The position numbers and the translations under genes are program-made. From an uncultured delta proteobacterium (GTDB taxonomy: Bacteria > Myxococcota_A > Polyangia > Polyangiales > JAFGIB01), in contig CAVZVA010000009.1 in NCBI GenBank assembly GCA_963778655.1, positions 906,235 through 970,234 on the forward strand: DNA of 64,000 nt, given 5' to 3'. Numbering within the stretch: the stretch's first letter is position 1; the number at the start of each line of letters is the position of its first letter. This document shows, piece after piece, positions 62,558 to 64,000 of this stretch. The notes below the pieces were generated by a model. That model did not search any database and was not told the DNA's origin. It saw nothing but the letters and a program-made list of their open reading frames with translations.

Positions 62558-62929
62558 CGTGGGCTCCAATCTTTCGAGACGTTCGGGTGCTCGGCGGTCG
62601 AGCTTCGCGAACGTAGCGAGTCGTCCGCGATTCGCAACAAGGACGCGGCACGGCGCGGTCGCCGGGACCCGGGGCACACCCGGCCATTTTGAAATTTTCC
62701 ATGTAGGGAGCACGGCAGCAGGCATCCGCTGGCCCCGGAGTCGATCGTCCTTGCGCGCCTGCCGGCCCGGGGCCAATTGCGAGCGGACTCACCGCCGAGC
62801 GCAAAAGTCATTTCCTTCGTCCCCGCGGCTCCCTATGCTGGGCGACCCTGTCTTCGGGGGGGGCCTCGGAGCGGCCGCGTTGTGCGCTCCGATCCGAATC
62901 AACCGCACGCCGCGATTGTCTGTGGCTCG

Positions 62930-64000
62930 ATGACTCAGACCCCGCAATTCGAGACGCTCGTGGCCATGTTCGAGCACGCAGTCGCCGAGCACGGTAGCCG
63001 GCCGGCGTACGGCAGTCTGCGCGGCGGCCAGTGGGAGTGGGCGAGCTATGCGCAGCTCGGAGAGCTGGTCGCGCGCTGCCGCGGGGGGCTGGCTGCGCTG
63101 GGCCTCGGACGCGGCGACCGCGTCGCCATCATCACCGGCAACCGCCTCGAGTGGGTGGTCGTGGCGCACGCCTGCTACCAGCGGCGCGCGATCTTCGTGC
63201 CGATGTCAGAGGTGCAGGCCGAGTCCGAGTGGCGCTACATCCTGGCCGACTCCGGCGCGCGCATGTGCTTCGCCGCCACAGCAGCGATTGCGAGCCGGGT
63301 CAGCGCGCTGCGCGAGGACCTGCTCGACCTGCAGTACATCATCAACCTGGAGGCGCCGGAGCACGACGAGAGCTCGTTTGCGCGCCTGCTCAAGCTCGGG
63401 GCCGAGCGCCCGATCAAGACCCGCGAGCCGCTGCCAGGCGACTGCGCCACCGTGGTCTACACCTCCGGTACCACCGGTGAGCCCAAAGGCGTGCGCCTCA
63501 CTCACGCCAACCTCGCGGTCAACGCCTGCGCCCGTGCGGAGGCACGCGATTATGGCAGCGATCCGCTCTCGATGTCGTTTCTGCCCTGGGCGCACGTGTT
63601 CGGCGGCCACGTCGAGCTCAACGTGATGCTGGCGGTCGGCGGCGCGGTCGCGATCTGCGCCAGCGCCGACGAGCTGTTCGCGCAGATGCCGCAGGTCAAG
63701 CCCACCGTGCTGTACGCGGTGCCGCGGATCTGGACCCAGATCTATCACGAGATCCAGCGCGATCTGGCGGCCGAACCCGATATGAGCCGGCACATGTTCG
63801 ACGACGGCATCCGCCTGCTGCAGCGCCAGCGCCGCGGTGAGAGCCTCAAGCTGACCGAGCGCATCTTCCTCAACATGGCCGACAAGCTCGTGATCTCGAA
63901 GCTCAAGGCGCGCTTTGGCGGCAAGCTGCGACTGGCGCTGTCCGGCGCCGCGGCGCTGCCGATCGAAGTGGCCGAGCTGCTGCACAACATGGGGGTGACC
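62930..64000 (+). CDS. long-chain acyl-CoA synthetase / AMP-dependent ligase (3' end outside the window)
   Basis: This gene is not in the ORF track because no stop is reached. My own translation from ATG 62930 gives MTQTPQFETLVAMFEHAVAEHGSRPAYG...VVYTSGTTGEPKGVRLTHANL (AMP-binding core motif). The frame stays open to position 64000 and shows strong GC3 bias. Confidence 0.85.
   Translation, partial: MTQTPQFETLVAMFEHAVAEHGSRPAYGSLRGGQWEWASYAQLGELVARCRGGLAALGLGRGDRVAIITGNRLEWVVVAHACYQRRAIFVPMSEVQAESEWRYILADSGARMCFAATAAIASRVSALREDLLDLQYIINLEAPEHDESSFARLLKLGAERPIKTREPLPGDCATVVYTSGTTGEPKGVRLTHANLAVNACARAEARDYGSDPLSMSFLPWAHVFGGHVELNVMLAVGGAVAICASADELFAQMPQVKPTVLYAVPRIWTQIYHEIQRDLAAEPDMSRHMFDDGIRLLQRQRRGESLKLTERIFLNMADKLVISKLKARFGGKLRLALSGAAALPIEVAELLHNMGVT

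Overview
This window is 64 kb of very GC-rich DNA (about 70% by eye, not computed). It reads like a myxobacterial chromosome of the Sorangium/Polyangiaceae type. The hallmarks are a MYXO-CTERM-like sorting tail, Myxococcus-type cysteine-rich repeats with cbEGF-like modules, and three giant Ser/Thr-kinase/AAA/TPR proteins. I support 41 CDS, two of them truncated by the window edges. Most other ORFs in the six-frame track are Arg/Ala/Pro-rich shadow frames of these genes. I recognised no rRNA, tRNA, CRISPR array, transposase or integrase.

Layout:
- (i) 0.1-5.2 kb: ACP, KS, a non-catalytic KS partner and a ketoreductase, followed by rmlC-rmlD.
- (ii) 5.3-16.3 kb: a cell-surface polysaccharide locus. 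It is built around an exosortase/CPBP-protease fusion with one tiny VPEID-CTERM-type substrate. It also holds a priming glycosylphosphotransferase, two tandem Wza-like export proteins, a membrane-spanning PilZ protein whose start overlaps the rmlA stop, and rmlB. The 527-bp divergent control region carries two outward-facing sigma-54-type -24/-12 elements and a cluster of CTGCGC repeats.
- (iii) 18.4-24.2 kb: three secreted Cys-rich lipoproteins that share shuffled modules. One ends in an ~11.7-copy 15-bp repeat.
- (iv) Scattered through the rest of the window: housekeeping and lipid genes (asd, two thiolases, a fatty-acid hydroxylase, an acyl-CoA synthetase), a FecBCDE/BtuFCD-type ABC importer and a DUF2330-like protein.
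- (v) 45.3-55.8 kb: the most unusual feature, a divergent assembly line. One gene encodes FAAL-ACP-KS-(AT lacking its catalytic Ser). The other encodes X-ACP-C-A(Gly-like code)-PCP-(acyl-ACP-reductase-like terminal domain).

All family assignments rest on motifs read by eye and remembered family knowledge. No database search or computation was possible.
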